A stretch of 64,000 bases of DNA from an uncultured bacterium (GTDB taxonomy: Bacteria > SAR324 > NAC60-12). The notes under the pieces were generated by a model. That model saw only the letters and a list, made by a program, of their open reading frames with translations, had not been told where the DNA came from and searched no databases. Position numbers and translations under genes: made by a program. Of the stretch, positions 10,753 to 22,063 are shown one piece after another. The first letter of the stretch is position 1. Each line of letters begins with the position of its first letter. The stretch covers positions 32,001-96,000 of the forward strand of contig CAXGMD010000001.1 of NCBI GenBank assembly GCA_964010765.1, written 5' to 3'.

Positions 10753-11736
10753 ATGCCAGAACCCAAAACTGAATCTGAAGCGGAGTTGACCTGGGCACAG
10801 GCATGGAACAATGCGCCTGGTCCAAAATCAATGAGAGAGGCTCTCACTCTCTTTGGGAAGGGACTCGCGATGGGAACTGCAGACATCATCCCTGGAGTCT
10901 CAGGTGGCACGATCGCTTTCATTACTGGCATTTACCATCATCTCCTCTCAGCTATTTCCTCCATTAATTTGAGTTCAATCTGGCTTGGTTTACAGGGTAA
11001 ATTCAAAGAGGCCCTCGTCGAAATTCATCTGAGATTTCTAATTGTCCTCTTCGGTGGAATTTTTGTCGCTATTTTGTCAACTGCTCGCTTGATGCACTTT
11101 CTGCTGGCTAATTATCCTGTAGAAATTTGGTCATTATTCTTTGGGTTAGTGTTAGCCTCAATTTGGTACGTTGGCCGAGCAATTCCTAGCTGGAATGTAG
11201 CAGCTTTACTGACTACCACGGCGGGTGGACTTTTCGCTTACCAAGTTGTTGGGCTCATACCAATTCAAACCCCAAACTCGCCTCAGTTCTTATTTTTTTG
11301 TGGGTTAATTGCAATTTGTGCGATGATTCTTCCCGGGTTGAGTGGCTCATTCCTATTGTTGATTCTTGGCAAATATCAGTTTATCACGGGTGCCCTACGT
11401 TCCCCGTTTGATGATGGGCATTTAGAAGCATTGTTGGTTTTTACAGCAGGATGTCTTATTGGAATTCTGGGTTTCAGCAGGATATTGAAATTCTGCTTAC
11501 AGCGCTTTGAGCAGATAACGATGTGCTTATTGACTGGTCTAATGATCGGAGCAATGAGAAAGGTTTGGCCCTGGAAAGTAGTTATCGAGAGCGAACTGAT
11601 TAACGGAAAAGAATACGTTGTCCGTGAAGAAAATATCTTACCTGTATTGGATGCTAGTCTCTTTATGCCCTTGGTAATGTTTTTCCTTGGAATGAGCGCT
11701 GTGATTATTTTGGAACAGACAGCTCGTCAGCGATAA
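10753..11736 (+). CDS. DUF368 membrane protein (undecaprenyl-phosphate translocase family)
   Basis: Repeated motifs ADIIPGVSGGTIA and AMILPGLSGS; WPWK near the C-terminus. Confidence 0.9.
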   Translation: MPEPKTESEAELTWAQAWNNAPGPKSMREALTLFGKGLAMGTADIIPGVSGGTIAFITGIYHHLLSAISSINLSSIWLGLQGKFKEALVEIHLRFLIVLFGGIFVAILSTARLMHFLLANYPVEIWSLFFGLVLASIWYVGRAIPSWNVAALLTTTAGGLFAYQVVGLIPIQTPNSPQFLFFCGLIAICAMILPGLSGSFLLLILGKYQFITGALRSPFDDGHLEALLVFTAGCLIGILGFSRILKFCLQRFEQITMCLLTGLMIGAMRKVWPWKVVIESELINGKEYVVREENILPVLDASLFMPLVMFFLGMSAVIILEQTARQR

Positions 11737-12241
11737 CAATTCTTCCAACAGATCCCCGCAGACATCGTTCGCCATTCACCCAAGTGGCTTCCTGAAAATT
11801 CACTCCTGCTAATTCAAGAGGACGCTGAGAAAACTGATCAATATCAGACCCCTCAAGGTTGCTTCCCCAGAAGTTGGCTTGAAGCAGCTGCGCTCCCTCC
11901 CAAGTGGTTCTTCTGAAATCAGCGAATTTTGCCCAAGCCTTTTTTAAACAGGAGTGTCTGAGGGAAGCACCAACAAGGTAAGCCCCCCAGAGGTTGGCTC
12001 GGTGCAAGTTTGAAAAGTCCAGATTCGCATTTTGAAAATTAGCACCTTGGAGGTTTGCTTTCTCAAGATTGGCTTGCTGTAGATTTACCTCGGTAAAATC
12101 TGCACCACGTAAATCCTGCTGCCTTAAATCATTTCCACTTAGGTCCATTCCTTTAAAATTTGCTTGCATGCCTAAGTTGCCTTTGGAATTCAACCATTCT
12201 TGGTGGGTTTGTAATACGACCTGAATTTCCTCAAGAGACAT
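11705..12241 (-). CDS. Pentapeptide-repeat protein
   Basis: A(D/N)(L/F)xx repeats, e.g. ANLEK ANLQG ANFQN. Confidence 0.9.
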   Translation of the reverse strand: MSLEEIQVVLQTHQEWLNSKGNLGMQANFKGMDLSGNDLRQQDLRGADFTEVNLQQANLEKANLQGANFQNANLDFSNLHRANLWGAYLVGASLRHSCLKKAWAKFADFRRTTWEGAQLLQANFWGSNLEGSDIDQFSQRPLELAGVNFQEATWVNGERCLRGSVGRIVIADELSVPK

Positions 12242-12695
12242 CGACAGCCTCTTTACGTTTTTGTAGTGACTTTTTTTGTTGTTCCTTTGCCTGCTGACTT
12301 AAACATGCTTCTGGATGATGAATATTTTTTTCAAAGCAATTCCTGCGAATACTGTTCAGCCAGAGTGATTGTTCTCGTTTAGGTACCATTGCCAGAGTCA
12401 CAAGAGCTTCAAGGCGAGGGCCTTCTCCCATAGCGAGTTCTTCTGCAATCAATGGGTGCTCCTGCTGAATAAATTTATCCAGTGCTGCTCCCATAAACTC
12501 TTCTTTGGTCATCGTGGAGGAGCTTGTGCTGCTGCTGCTATACCAGGAACTCAACCCCATTCCTTTTTTCATGCCGGGAGGAGCCTCCATGTGAACTCCT
12601 ACACCAAATCCAAAACGAGTATTCCGATTGCCACAACCGATTAGCAGGAAGCAGCTCAGAAAAATCAAAGGCAGATAAAATCTTCGAAGATTCAT
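12231..12695 (-). CDS. Putative lipoprotein, DUF3015-like
   Basis: Lipobox LIGC, a Ser-rich linker, and EELAMGEGPRLEAL resembling DUF3015. Confidence 0.55.
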   Translation of the reverse strand: MNLRRFYLPLIFLSCFLLIGCGNRNTRFGFGVGVHMEAPPGMKKGMGLSSWYSSSSTSSSTMTKEEFMGAALDKFIQQEHPLIAEELAMGEGPRLEALVTLAMVPKREQSLWLNSIRRNCFEKNIHHPEACLSQQAKEQQKKSLQKRKEAVDVS

Positions 12696-12748
12696 CTTTG
12701 GGATTTTGCTTTAGATGTTGATAAGCATTTTCCTTGGTTGAGGAGAAA

Positions 12749-12925
12749 TTAATTAGTAGCTTTTGTGCAAAAGCAAACCGATCTCAAGTCAACCAATTTG
12801 AAATCGCCAGAGAAGGTGGCTTGAACATAGACCAAGCCCCCAAAAATCAGAAGATAGAGCAAAAGCCTCACAAAGAAACGTAAACGGGCACCAGTGTTCG
12901 TTGTTTCAACCTCAACCGACTTCAT
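12749..12925 (-). CDS. Small single-TM protein (58 aa) absent from the ORF track
   Basis: Manual translation: MKSVEVETTNTGARLRFFVRLLLYLLIFGGLVYVQATFSGDFKLVDLRSVCFCTKATN*. The ATG lies 5 nt after the lpdA stop. Confidence 0.6.
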   Translation of the reverse strand: MKSVEVETTNTGARLRFFVRLLLYLLIFGGLVYVQATFSGDFKLVDLRSVCFCTKATN

Positions 12926-12930
12926 AGCAA

Positions 12931-14703
12931 TTAAGCGGCTTTTGATGGAGTTTTTGATTTCTTCTTGGGCATGTACAGATCAGTGATGGTTCCTTCAAAA
13001 GCTTCTGCAGCCATGGCAAATGTTTCTGAGAGCGTTGGATGTGGATGAATGGTTGATCCGATATCAGAAGCGTCACAGCCCATCTCGATTGCCAAAGCAC
13101 CTTCCGCAATTAAATCTCCAGCATTGGGCCCCACGATAGCGACTCCTAGAATTTGATCGGTATGCTCATCAAAAATGACTTTCGTCATCCCTTCATCCCG
13201 CCCAAGGGCGAGAGATCGACCACTAGCAGCCCAGGGAAAAATTCCTTTGCCATAAGCAATCCCGTCAGACTTAGCTTGTTCTTCGGTTAATCCAACCCAA
13301 GCTACTTCAGGATCTGTGTAAGCCACTGAAGGAATCACACGCGCATCAAAATGAGATTTCATACCTGCGCAAACTTCGGCAGCCACTTTACCTTCGTGGG
13401 TCGCTTTGTGTGCGAGCATTGGTTGGCCAACAATATCGCCAATCGCAAAGATGTGAGGCACGTTAGTTTTCATTTGAGAATCTGTAGAAATGAATCCACG
13501 CTCATCAACAGCTACTCCCGCTTTGTCAGCACTGATTTTAAGGCCGTTCGGGACCCGACCAACAGAACTGAGAATTAAATCATAGAGCTGTGGCTCGGCA
13601 GGTGCCAATTTGCCTTCAAAAGTTACTAATAATCCTGCCTCAGATGCATCAACTTTGGTGACTCGGGTTTCCAACCAAATATTCTCATAGCGTTTACTGA
13701 TCCACTTTTCGTAGGGTCGCACAACGTCTCGGTCTGCTCCCATCATGAGTCCCTTCATCATCTCAACAACCGTTATTTCTGCACCCAACGCATGATAGAC
13801 TGTGGCCATCTCTAAACCAATGATACCTCCTCCGATTACGAGCATCTTTTTTGGTCGACTTCGTAATTCAAGGGCACCGGTTGAATCAACAATTCTTGGA
13901 TCATCGGGCAAGAATGGTAAGGAGACCGGCACCGATCCAGTTGCTATGATGGCTTTTTCAAATTTGATCGTCTTGGAACCGCCATCTTCACTTGCAACGC
14001 GAATATGAAATGGATCTAAAAACTCTCCATATCCTTCAACGACTCTGACCTTCCGCTGCTTGGACATTCCAGTCAAACCACCAACAAGTTTCCCAACAAT
14101 GCTATCCTTCCAGGAGCGTAGGGAGTCTATATCAATCTCAGGTGTTCCAAACTTGATCCCATGACTTGACATGGATTGGGCTTCCTCAATCACCTTTGCA
14201 GCATGAAGCAGTGCCTTTGAGGGAATGCAGCCTACGTTTAGACAAACTCCTCCAATTTTTCCTTTTTCAATCAAAATGGTGTCTAGTCCTAAGTCTGCTG
14301 CTCGGAAAGCTGCAGTGTACCCTCCAGGACCAGACCCCAAAACAACAACTTGTGCTTCAAGATCTGCTTTTCCTGAGTGAGTTGCTGCTTGAGGTGGTTC
14401 TTGCACAACGGAAGTAGTTTCCGGTGGTTTCTCAATAGTGTTCTTGCCCTCCGTTATAGATGCTGCTTCCATTTTGAGGATTGAGCTGCCCTCAGAAACC
14501 CGATCACCTACTTTCACCAGTAACTCTGAAACCACTCCTGCTTGAGGTGCGGGTACATCCATCGTGGCCTTGTCTGATTCAAGCATGATCATACTAGTCT
14601 CGGCCTCAACAGAATCCCCAGGTTTCACGAGGATCTCAATAATTTCCACATCCTGAAAATCGCCGATATCTGGGACACGGACTTCAATCACACTCATGGT
14701 CAA
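12931..14703 (-). CDS. lpdA: Dihydrolipoamide dehydrogenase with an N-terminal lipoyl domain
   Basis: Lipoyl motif [37 protein letters not shown]. Confidence 0.96.
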   Translation of the reverse strand: MTMSVIEVRVPDIGDFQDVEIIEILVKPGDSVEAETSMIMLESDKATMDVPAPQAGVVSELLVKVGDRVSEGSSILKMEAASITEGKNTIEKPPETTSVVQEPPQAATHSGKADLEAQVVVLGSGPGGYTAAFRAADLGLDTILIEKGKIGGVCLNVGCIPSKALLHAAKVIEEAQSMSSHGIKFGTPEIDIDSLRSWKDSIVGKLVGGLTGMSKQRKVRVVEGYGEFLDPFHIRVASEDGGSKTIKFEKAIIATGSVPVSLPFLPDDPRIVDSTGALELRSRPKKMLVIGGGIIGLEMATVYHALGAEITVVEMMKGLMMGADRDVVRPYEKWISKRYENIWLETRVTKVDASEAGLLVTFEGKLAPAEPQLYDLILSSVGRVPNGLKISADKAGVAVDERGFISTDSQMKTNVPHIFAIGDIVGQPMLAHKATHEGKVAAEVCAGMKSHFDARVIPSVAYTDPEVAWVGLTEEQAKSDGIAYGKGIFPWAASGRSLALGRDEGMTKVIFDEHTDQILGVAIVGPNAGDLIAEGALAIEMGCDASDIGSTIHPHPTLSETFAMAAEAFEGTITDLYMPKKKSKTPSKAA

Positions 14704-14832
14704 GCTCCGAATGGGTGGAACAAACTAGCAAGTTCTGGTTTCCAAAAATTCTGCTATCGGGTATGACATAGCCTTCACGGAGAAGCAAGTGACACATCTC
14801 CAGCAACTTAGAACCCTAGAAAGTAAATCGCC

Positions 14833-16053
14833 ATGCTTAGAATCATAAGATCTTTCCCGCCTTTGGGTTGGGTTCTGATAATTATCGTATTATTGATTGG
14901 TTGTACTTCGAGCACCACAACGGAGAACCCTAGACCCGTTTCAATAGCGGAGATTAATGCATTGAAGCTCGAATCGAGTCCTGATCTTGAGGCTTTACAG
15001 CGAGCACTGGGGCATTCTATTGAATATTATGAGCGGTTACCGACAGATCAACGATTTCAATATGGAAGTTTTGGGTATTCACCTGAGGAGATGATTGCTT
15101 CTCATCAGCACTTTTTGAGGATTCTTGATTTGCCTGAGGTGGAAAGACTTGAAAAACTTCAGCAAGATTTTTTGTGGTTCGAAAGTCTGAATGAGAAGAA
15201 TCAGGCTTTCTTTACTGGTTACTATGAACCTCTCTTGAAAGGTAGCTTGAATGAGTCAGAAAAATTTCCGGTCCCTTTATATGGAGTGCCTAGCGATCTG
15301 GTGACCGTCAATTTGAGAAACTTTAATGAGAAGTACGGTAATGGGATTTTACGTGGGAAAATCGTAGATCAAAAATTTGTCAAATATGATGATCGTGATG
15401 AGATTTCCTATCAGAATTCCCTTCAAGGTCGTGCCACTCCATTAGCTTGGGTAAACAATGACATTGAGCTGTTTTTCTTACAAATTCAGGGTTCTGGTGT
15501 GATTGAGTTGCCGAACGAAGTTCTTTATCGAGTTAACTACGCTGATCAAAATGGTCATCCTTACCGGGCTATTGGTAAAATATTACTTGGGGAAATCCCT
15601 AGGGAAAAAATGTCTTTGAAAGCACTGAAAGAATACCTTTATGATCACCCAGAGCGAGTGCAGGAAATCCTAAACTACAATCCCAGCTATACTTTTTTTC
15701 GACATATTCCCGGAGACGGTCCCTTGGGAAATATTGAAGTACCACTAACACCTGAACGCTCCATCGCAATGGATCATCGACTTGTGCCAAAGGGAGGATT
15801 GGTCTTCTACGAAACAAATCTGCCCTCAGAGATCTCACCTTCAGAGGAAATACTACAAAGATTCGCAGTTGTTCAGGATACAGGGGGGGCAATCAGAGGC
15901 CATGGAAGGGCAGATATTTTCTGGGGGAGAGGAACCCCCGCTGAAAAGATAGCAGGACCAATGAAAGAAAATGGCAGGATTTTCCTGCTGGTAGCACGTA
16001 AGGAAGTGTTGAATGCAGAGAGCGGGATATCAACTACAGTGGCAAAGAAGTGA
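14833..16053 (+). CDS. mltA: Membrane-bound lytic murein transglycosylase A
   Basis: Lipobox LIGC; motifs FTGYYEP, LQIQGSG, NPSYTFF and DTGGAIRGHGRADIFWG. Confidence 0.93.
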   Translation: MLRIIRSFPPLGWVLIIIVLLIGCTSSTTTENPRPVSIAEINALKLESSPDLEALQRALGHSIEYYERLPTDQRFQYGSFGYSPEEMIASHQHFLRILDLPEVERLEKLQQDFLWFESLNEKNQAFFTGYYEPLLKGSLNESEKFPVPLYGVPSDLVTVNLRNFNEKYGNGILRGKIVDQKFVKYDDRDEISYQNSLQGRATPLAWVNNDIELFFLQIQGSGVIELPNEVLYRVNYADQNGHPYRAIGKILLGEIPREKMSLKALKEYLYDHPERVQEILNYNPSYTFFRHIPGDGPLGNIEVPLTPERSIAMDHRLVPKGGLVFYETNLPSEISPSEEILQRFAVVQDTGGAIRGHGRADIFWGRGTPAEKIAGPMKENGRIFLLVARKEVLNAESGISTTVAKK

Positions 16054-16072
16054 TCGAATGAAAGGGGGAGTT

Positions 16073-16485
16073 ATGGTAACTCAATTTGAAATTGATGAGG
16101 GCATGTTAAATCATGCAGTTGAAAGCTTGCTTGGAAAAATCAGAACCAATCTAGATATCTCAATGCAAGTCTTGGAAGCAGTCCGCAATGAGCAGAGTGT
16201 TCAATTGAGGAATACCATGCAGGAAAATCAGAATAAGTCTATGTCATCACTGTCCGCAACTGGTCAACCAAAGATGATTTGGACGGAACTGATTCAACAA
16301 TCTGGAGAAAAAATTTCAGAGCGTTTCTGGAATTTCAGCTTCACACTTATCTCATGATGGAGTTGTCCTGGAGGCTACCAATGTTTTGCATGCTATCTCC
16401 AGAGGATTTTATTCGAGAAGTCCGCAAAATTCTTCCTTATGAGCAGGAGTTGGAAAAACGATTGGAAGGCGCCCCAAGGAGCTAA
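16073..16485 (+). pseudogene. Hypothetical gene split by a single-base frameshift (pseudogene or sequencing error)
   Basis: GGGGAG RBS and ATG at 16073. Two overlapping ORFs; the second frame is open from 16237, and adding one base gives a single ORF of about 137 aa. Confidence 0.45.
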
Positions 16486-16493
16486 CGAACAAC

Positions 16494-18005
16494 TCATTGA
16501 TCATCGGTGAGTTGCCAGAGAGTCAGATTGCGGTCAGAGTGCCGCATTCGATGTTGGAGCAGAGTTGTGAGGTATTTGTTGCAGACAGAAAGGTAAGCAG
16601 GATTTTCAGCAAGATTGGTAGTTTCATGCGGATCATTTTTCAAATCGAACAGTAGCGGAGGATGCTTGGCAAAATGAACATATTTGAAATCATCATCTCT
16701 CCATAGACAAAGTTGTTGATTTTCGAACCGCCTATCCTCGTCTCGCTCTACATGCCTCTGGGGCAGTGAACGCCAATCAAATTCACAAAACACCCCTGTT
16801 TTCCAGTCCTCAAGTCTTTCAGCCTGCAAATTAGGTAGTAAACTTCTACCATCCATCGCCAATGGAATCTCCTGGTCTAACCAAGCCAAAATCGTTGGTG
16901 TGATGTCAACATGTTCACTGAAGGCCGAAATGGTGATGCCATGACTGGCTGGGATTTTGGGATTCCGTAGGATCAGTGGAATATGCCATGATGAGTCGAA
17001 ACAGCCTCCCTTTCCCCACAAATGATGGTCGCCTAACTGCTCTCCGTGATCACTTGTGAAAATGATCAAAGTATCGTCCCACTGTCCTGTTTCTTTCAAT
17101 AAATCAAAAATCTTCCCAAGATTTTTATCAACCTCTGTGATCAACCCTAAGTAAACCGCTTTGGTACGGAGGATATCTTCATCACAAAGCCGAAGCATAT
17201 TTGCCTGGCTCCCAAAGTAATCCACTGAATCAATTTTTTGCTGCCAAAGTTCTAACAAAGGATGCATTGCCGCATCGCCCAAAACTGAGTTGCCTCTCTG
17301 TGGAAGAGGTAACTCTCTCCAATCATAAAGACGATTATAGGGCGCAGGTGCAATCAAGGGAGGATGTGGTCTCAATAGGGACAGATGAATGAACCAATCC
17401 TCGTTCCGATGATTGCGGATCGTATGGCAGGCATGATGGGTAAGGTAAGCAGTATCAGAATGCTCTGCAGCATAAAATGCAGGTTCGTCACAGAATCGGC
17501 CTTCCGTAATTTTCTCTGGAGAATGATGAAAGACTGATTCTGATGGATCTGGTCTTTCGTAGCCCTGATCCTCAAGCCAATCTAGCCAGCCCTCCAAATA
17601 CCCAAGGTTGAAATCAACAACCGATTTGAATCCGGGTAAAATACTTTCAAATGTGTCTAAACTAGGATCCTTGGCAGGGGCGCGTCTGGGATCCACCGAG
17701 GTGTCACTGTACCCGTAAAGTAAAGGCTCAATCCCAGCCTTGCGCACTTCCAAAGCGAGGTTGGTATGCCTGCGGTCAAGGGGAGTCCCATTGGTCACCG
17801 ATCGGTGATTACAAGCATAGAGCCCAGTGTGTAGCGATGCTCTTGAAGGGCCACAAGGAATTGCGTTCGTGAAGTGTTTGAGAAAGAGAGAACTCTCTGC
17901 TGCGAGGCCATCCAGATTTGGAGTTGGTTTGAGGGGATGCCCTGTACATCCAAGATGGTCGAACCGGAACTGATCAGCTGTGATCAGCAGAACCTTACGA
18001 GGCAT
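16494..18005 (-). CDS. Phosphonate monoester hydrolase-like enzyme (sulfatase/alkaline phosphatase superfamily)
   Basis: Motifs [18 protein letters not shown] (formylglycine motif), [27 protein letters not shown] and [15 protein letters not shown], recalled as closely matching PMH/PehA. Confidence 0.8.
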   Translation of the reverse strand: MPRKVLLITADQFRFDHLGCTGHPLKPTPNLDGLAAESSLFLKHFTNAIPCGPSRASLHTGLYACNHRSVTNGTPLDRRHTNLALEVRKAGIEPLLYGYSDTSVDPRRAPAKDPSLDTFESILPGFKSVVDFNLGYLEGWLDWLEDQGYERPDPSESVFHHSPEKITEGRFCDEPAFYAAEHSDTAYLTHHACHTIRNHRNEDWFIHLSLLRPHPPLIAPAPYNRLYDWRELPLPQRGNSVLGDAAMHPLLELWQQKIDSVDYFGSQANMLRLCDEDILRTKAVYLGLITEVDKNLGKIFDLLKETGQWDDTLIIFTSDHGEQLGDHHLWGKGGCFDSSWHIPLILRNPKIPASHGITISAFSEHVDITPTILAWLDQEIPLAMDGRSLLPNLQAERLEDWKTGVFCEFDWRSLPQRHVERDEDRRFENQQLCLWRDDDFKYVHFAKHPPLLFDLKNDPHETTNLAENPAYLSVCNKYLTTLLQHRMRHSDRNLTLWQLTDDQ

Positions 18006-19674
18006 TGATTCCTCCCAAGTTATCGAGAGTTGGAATGGCAGAAATCAGGTTCCGTGTGTAGTCTTCTTTTGGTTCGAGAAAAATTTGCTCCACAGGGCCT
18101 TGCTCCACAATTTTGCCATGTTGCATGACGATCACTTGTTCGCAAAGGTTCGCGATTACACTGAGATCATGAGAGATGAAAAGAATTGTCAGGCCCAGTT
18201 CTTTCTGTAGTTCCTTCATGAGGTCAAGAATTTCAGCCTGGATTGATACGTCTAGTGCGGCAACAGCTTCATCTGCGACAATGAAGGAGGGACGACAAAT
18301 CAGCGCTCTGGCAATAGAGATCCGTTGTCTTTGCCCGCCTGAGAAAGCGTGGGGGAAACGTCTGAGATGCTCCAGGTCCAGTCGGCAACGTGTTGCAATT
18401 TCACGAACTCGCAAATCAGTTTCATTACGATTTTGTGTCAACTGCATGGCCTCCAAAGGTTCTGCGATAATATCTCTGACGGTCAAGCGTGGATTCAAAG
18501 AACCATACGGGTCTTGAAAAACCATTTGAGCATGTTGACGAAAAGCTTTTAGCGATGAGCCACTCAGGCCATTCAGATCAAATTTGTCATCCTTGAACTG
18601 ATAAATGATACTTCCTGTTTGGAAAGGAATGGCCTTTAGCAGAGCTCTTCCCAAACTGGTTTTTCCAGATCCACTTTCTCCTACAAGACCAATAATCTTT
18701 CCAGTTGGAATCTCAAAATTAGCTGCTGAAACAGCTGTAAAACTGCTCCGTTTTAGCAATCCAGCACTGCTTTCGTAAACAATATCCAGATCTTTTACCT
18801 TCACGAGAGAACTCGGAGGTTTCTGCACACTCGATTTCGTTGCTCCCTCACGTTTTAACTGTAGTTTTTTGAGACTAGGGACTGCTGCCAGCAAGCGCTT
18901 TGTGTATTTGTGAGATGGGGTCAGGAGTGTTTTTTGAACGGATCCTTCCTCTATAATCTGACCAGATTGCATGACACAAAGATCATCGGCCACTTTTCCA
19001 ATGACACCCAGATCATGTGTGATGAAAAGCATTGCCATTCCGAACCGCTGCCTAAGTTCAAGCAATAGGTCGAGTACTTGAGCTTGGATAGTTACATCAA
19101 GTGCCGTAGTGGGTTCATCAGCAATTAAAAGTCTGGGCTTGGTAGAGAGCGCTGTAGCAATCATAACCCGCTGGCGCATTCCTCCTGACAATTCATGAAC
19201 ATACTGGCGCAATCGCCGCTCTGGTTCGGTTAATCCAACTTGCCCAAGCCAATGAATAGCTTCTTGCTCCGCCTCGTGTTTGCCGAATCCAAGATGAAGT
19301 TGAATCGTTTCCACCATCTGCTTGCCAAGCGAAATTGCTGGAGCAAAACTGGCCATTGGCTCTTGGAAGATCATGGAGATGAGCCCACCCCTGAGCTGTC
19401 TCAAGGCTTTGGGGGATCGCAACTGCAAAACCGGAACGCTCTGTCCGCTATTGTAGAGATTGATTTGTGAGGGTGAGCGATAGATTGCGTTGTTACTATT
19501 CAGCTGCATGAGGCTTTTGGCAGTAACGGATTTGCCAGAACCACTCTCTCCCACCAAGCCAAGTACCTGACCGGCTTCAATATGAAAGCTGACGTTCTTG
19601 ACTGCTGTGAACCAGCCCTCTTCGGTCTTGAAGTCAACCTGCAAATGTTTCACATCAACAAGACGTTCGCTCAT
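17995..19674 (-). CDS. ABC transporter ATP-binding protein with two fused ATPase domains (DppD/F-type)
   Basis: Two GESGSGK Walker A motifs; LSGGMRQR and FSGGQRQR signatures. Confidence 0.95.
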   Translation of the reverse strand: MSERLVDVKHLQVDFKTEEGWFTAVKNVSFHIEAGQVLGLVGESGSGKSVTAKSLMQLNSNNAIYRSPSQINLYNSGQSVPVLQLRSPKALRQLRGGLISMIFQEPMASFAPAISLGKQMVETIQLHLGFGKHEAEQEAIHWLGQVGLTEPERRLRQYVHELSGGMRQRVMIATALSTKPRLLIADEPTTALDVTIQAQVLDLLLELRQRFGMAMLFITHDLGVIGKVADDLCVMQSGQIIEEGSVQKTLLTPSHKYTKRLLAAVPSLKKLQLKREGATKSSVQKPPSSLVKVKDLDIVYESSAGLLKRSSFTAVSAANFEIPTGKIIGLVGESGSGKTSLGRALLKAIPFQTGSIIYQFKDDKFDLNGLSGSSLKAFRQHAQMVFQDPYGSLNPRLTVRDIIAEPLEAMQLTQNRNETDLRVREIATRCRLDLEHLRRFPHAFSGGQRQRISIARALICRPSFIVADEAVAALDVSIQAEILDLMKELQKELGLTILFISHDLSVIANLCEQVIVMQHGKIVEQGPVEQIFLEPKEDYTRNLISAIPTLDNLGGINAS

Positions 19675-20801
19675 CGACCTTCCTCAGAGTAAGGATCAGC
19701 CGCATCACGAAGCCCATCTCCGACCAAGACAAAGGCAAGAATCATCAGCACAAAAAACACGACAGGTATGTAGTACCAGAGGAGGCTCTGTTGTACTTCG
19801 ACGTCTTGTGCCTGGGAGAGCAATACACCAATGGAATTGACGGGTTCAGACAACCCCAAACCTAGAAAGCTCAGTGAAGTCTCTGCGAGAATGATATAAG
19901 GGACGTTGATGATAGTGTCGACGATGATATAGCTAAGGAAGCTAGGGATCAGATGCTTCCGAATGATTCGACTGGAACTAGAGCCTGAGAGTTTTGCTGC
20001 AAGAATATATTCCTGGTTGCGTTCTGCTAGCAGGTGAGTTCGTAGTCTTCGCGCTAAGGTGGGGAAATCGAATGCTCCAATAATAAAGGCAATCGCAAAA
20101 TAACGAGTTTCAGAGCTCCACTCATCAGGCATCGCCACGGCCAAGGCCAAATAAATAGGGATGGAAGGAATGACTCGAACAGCTTCGGTAAAGGTTTGGA
20201 GTATGGCATCAATGCGGCCCCCAAAATACCCTGAGATCCCCCCAACCAGTAACGAGGTTGTGAGCTTGATAGTCAGTGCAAGGAAGCCAATGGAAAGCGA
20301 AACCCAGATTGCATGAAGAGTTCTGCCAAAAATGTCTTTACCAGCCTTCTCAGTCCCAAAGAGATGGATTTGACCAGTCTCAATGCCAAAGAGGTGAAGG
20401 TTTGAGGTTAGGGTAAACTCTGTGAATCCCAAATTCAGGCTAATCAGCTGGTATTCCCAACTCCTAGTGAACCAAGTCAGGTATCGCTTTTTCTCACAAT
20501 TTTCTACCTGAACTCTTCGCAGGGTCTTTCGATCAAGTTGCTGTTCAAATGTGCACAGATAGGGTTTGGACCAACTACCATCCTGGTCCCGAAACTTTGG
20601 CATTTGCGGGGGTCCATTGATGTACTGTCGATTAGCACCTGCTGAATTTGGTTCATGAGGAGAAAGAAAAGAGGCAAAAAAGCCCGTTAGGATTAGTATA
20701 ATCAGGAGAATTCCTGCTGCGCAGGAGACGGGCTTCCTGAAAAATCGAGCCCGAATCAGAGCAAATTGACCAGCAGTATAGTAACTCTCTGCTCGCATCA
20801 C
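19671..20801 (-). CDS. ABC transporter permease (DppC/OppC-type)
   Basis: Motifs [23 protein letters not shown] and [10 protein letters not shown]. Confidence 0.93.
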   Translation of the reverse strand: MMRAESYYTAGQFALIRARFFRKPVSCAAGILLIILILTGFFASFLSPHEPNSAGANRQYINGPPQMPKFRDQDGSWSKPYLCTFEQQLDRKTLRRVQVENCEKKRYLTWFTRSWEYQLISLNLGFTEFTLTSNLHLFGIETGQIHLFGTEKAGKDIFGRTLHAIWVSLSIGFLALTIKLTTSLLVGGISGYFGGRIDAILQTFTEAVRVIPSIPIYLALAVAMPDEWSSETRYFAIAFIIGAFDFPTLARRLRTHLLAERNQEYILAAKLSGSSSSRIIRKHLIPSFLSYIIVDTIINVPYIILAETSLSFLGLGLSEPVNSIGVLLSQAQDVEVQQSLLWYYIPVVFFVLMILAFVLVGDGLRDAADPYSEEGR

Positions 20802-21979
20802 TCTTCCTTCAAAACACTACGTTGAATTCTTGGATCGAAGAGAGCTAGCAGAACATCACTCAAGAAATTGACCACGACAATTGTGAGTGTAATCAGAAAG
20901 AGAATAGATGAGGCTAATTCCTGGTCATTCGTGAAAGCCAGGGCCGTCAGCAACAGTTGTCCGGCATCTGTCAAAAGTATGATGGAAGCGACAATGGGTA
21001 GATCGTTGAAGATTCTGTTGAAGTCAAATCCAATGGAGTTGACCAAAGGGCCAATGGAGTGTCGAACTGGATAACGCATCCAAAGGCCTGCTCCAGCTTG
21101 GCCTCGCGCTCGTGCAGCTGTAACATAGAGCTTATTTGCCTCATCAATGGTTAAGGCACGAACGGTCTGTAATTGTAGAGCTGTTGCGGACCATCCCAAG
21201 GTGAACACTGGCAACCAAAAATGCCACAAAAAGTCTCCAAATTTGGCAGTATTGAAGCCATCGTCAAGCCACCAAGCTTGGTCTCTGAATTCTTCGGAGA
21301 AAAGACCGATTGGCGCATCAAGATCCAGTTGGATGTAGAAGACGATGATTCCTAGAGCTATCAAAAAATTGGGTAATGCCAAGCCAAGGTATGAAACAAT
21401 GCGGAGCAGAGCCTCAAAAATCTTGGACATGACCAGTCCTAGACTTCTTCCGAATTTTTCACCTGCAGAACGGAGAGGATCATGATCGAAGAGAGGTTGA
21501 GTCATGATAACCGCAGATATCACTCCAAGAGGTATTGCTAGGGAATAAGCGAAAAGCAACCCGAGTGCACATACAGCCAAAGAAATTAGAAATCGATTCC
21601 CTAAAACCTGATGGACCGGAGCTCTTTTTTCACAGGAAAAACCAAGGTCTCCTTCCGTGACCAACCCATAAATCCATTTCCCCCAGCGTTCAGGTAACGA
21701 TCCATCTAATCCTCTCAGCACTCTTTCGGCTTGGATGTCTGCATCAGTGATTACCACTCCTTGTGTATTTTTATAACCAATCATTCTTGTTGCGCAGTCC
21801 CCTGGGACAGCTTCCATGACAGCAAAAATGACAATTGAAACCAAAAGAAGGGTAAAAAGTGCGAGCAGAAATCTCTCAAACAGAAACTGACCGATCAAGG
21901 AAAGCCGTGCCTGCCGAAAGAGAAATAGTCCAACCAAGAAGAGTGACCAGAAAAGCCAGGTCTCTGCTAGAAAACTCAT
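20798..21979 (-). CDS. ABC transporter permease (DppB/OppB-type)
   Basis: Motifs PGD, GDLGFS, ALPNFL and YVTAARARG. The ATG at 21979 is preferred over the GTG at 22027. Confidence 0.92.
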   Translation of the reverse strand: MSFLAETWLFWSLFLVGLFLFRQARLSLIGQFLFERFLLALFTLLLVSIVIFAVMEAVPGDCATRMIGYKNTQGVVITDADIQAERVLRGLDGSLPERWGKWIYGLVTEGDLGFSCEKRAPVHQVLGNRFLISLAVCALGLLFAYSLAIPLGVISAVIMTQPLFDHDPLRSAGEKFGRSLGLVMSKIFEALLRIVSYLGLALPNFLIALGIIVFYIQLDLDAPIGLFSEEFRDQAWWLDDGFNTAKFGDFLWHFWLPVFTLGWSATALQLQTVRALTIDEANKLYVTAARARGQAGAGLWMRYPVRHSIGPLVNSIGFDFNRIFNDLPIVASIILLTDAGQLLLTALAFTNDQELASSILFLITLTIVVVNFLSDVLLALFDPRIQRSVLKEE

Positions 21980-22063
21980 GCTGACTTTATGGCCAAAGAG
22001 AAGAGATGTTTGGAGGCTGGTCTGCACTCATGAGAATGCAGACCTCGTAAGCTCAGGTGAAAA

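Noticed and set aside
12785..12811. SGDFKLVDL in the microprotein resembles SGNFQLTDL in the PilZ protein leader
   Set aside because: A nine-residue resemblance between otherwise unrelated proteins is not distinguishable from chance.
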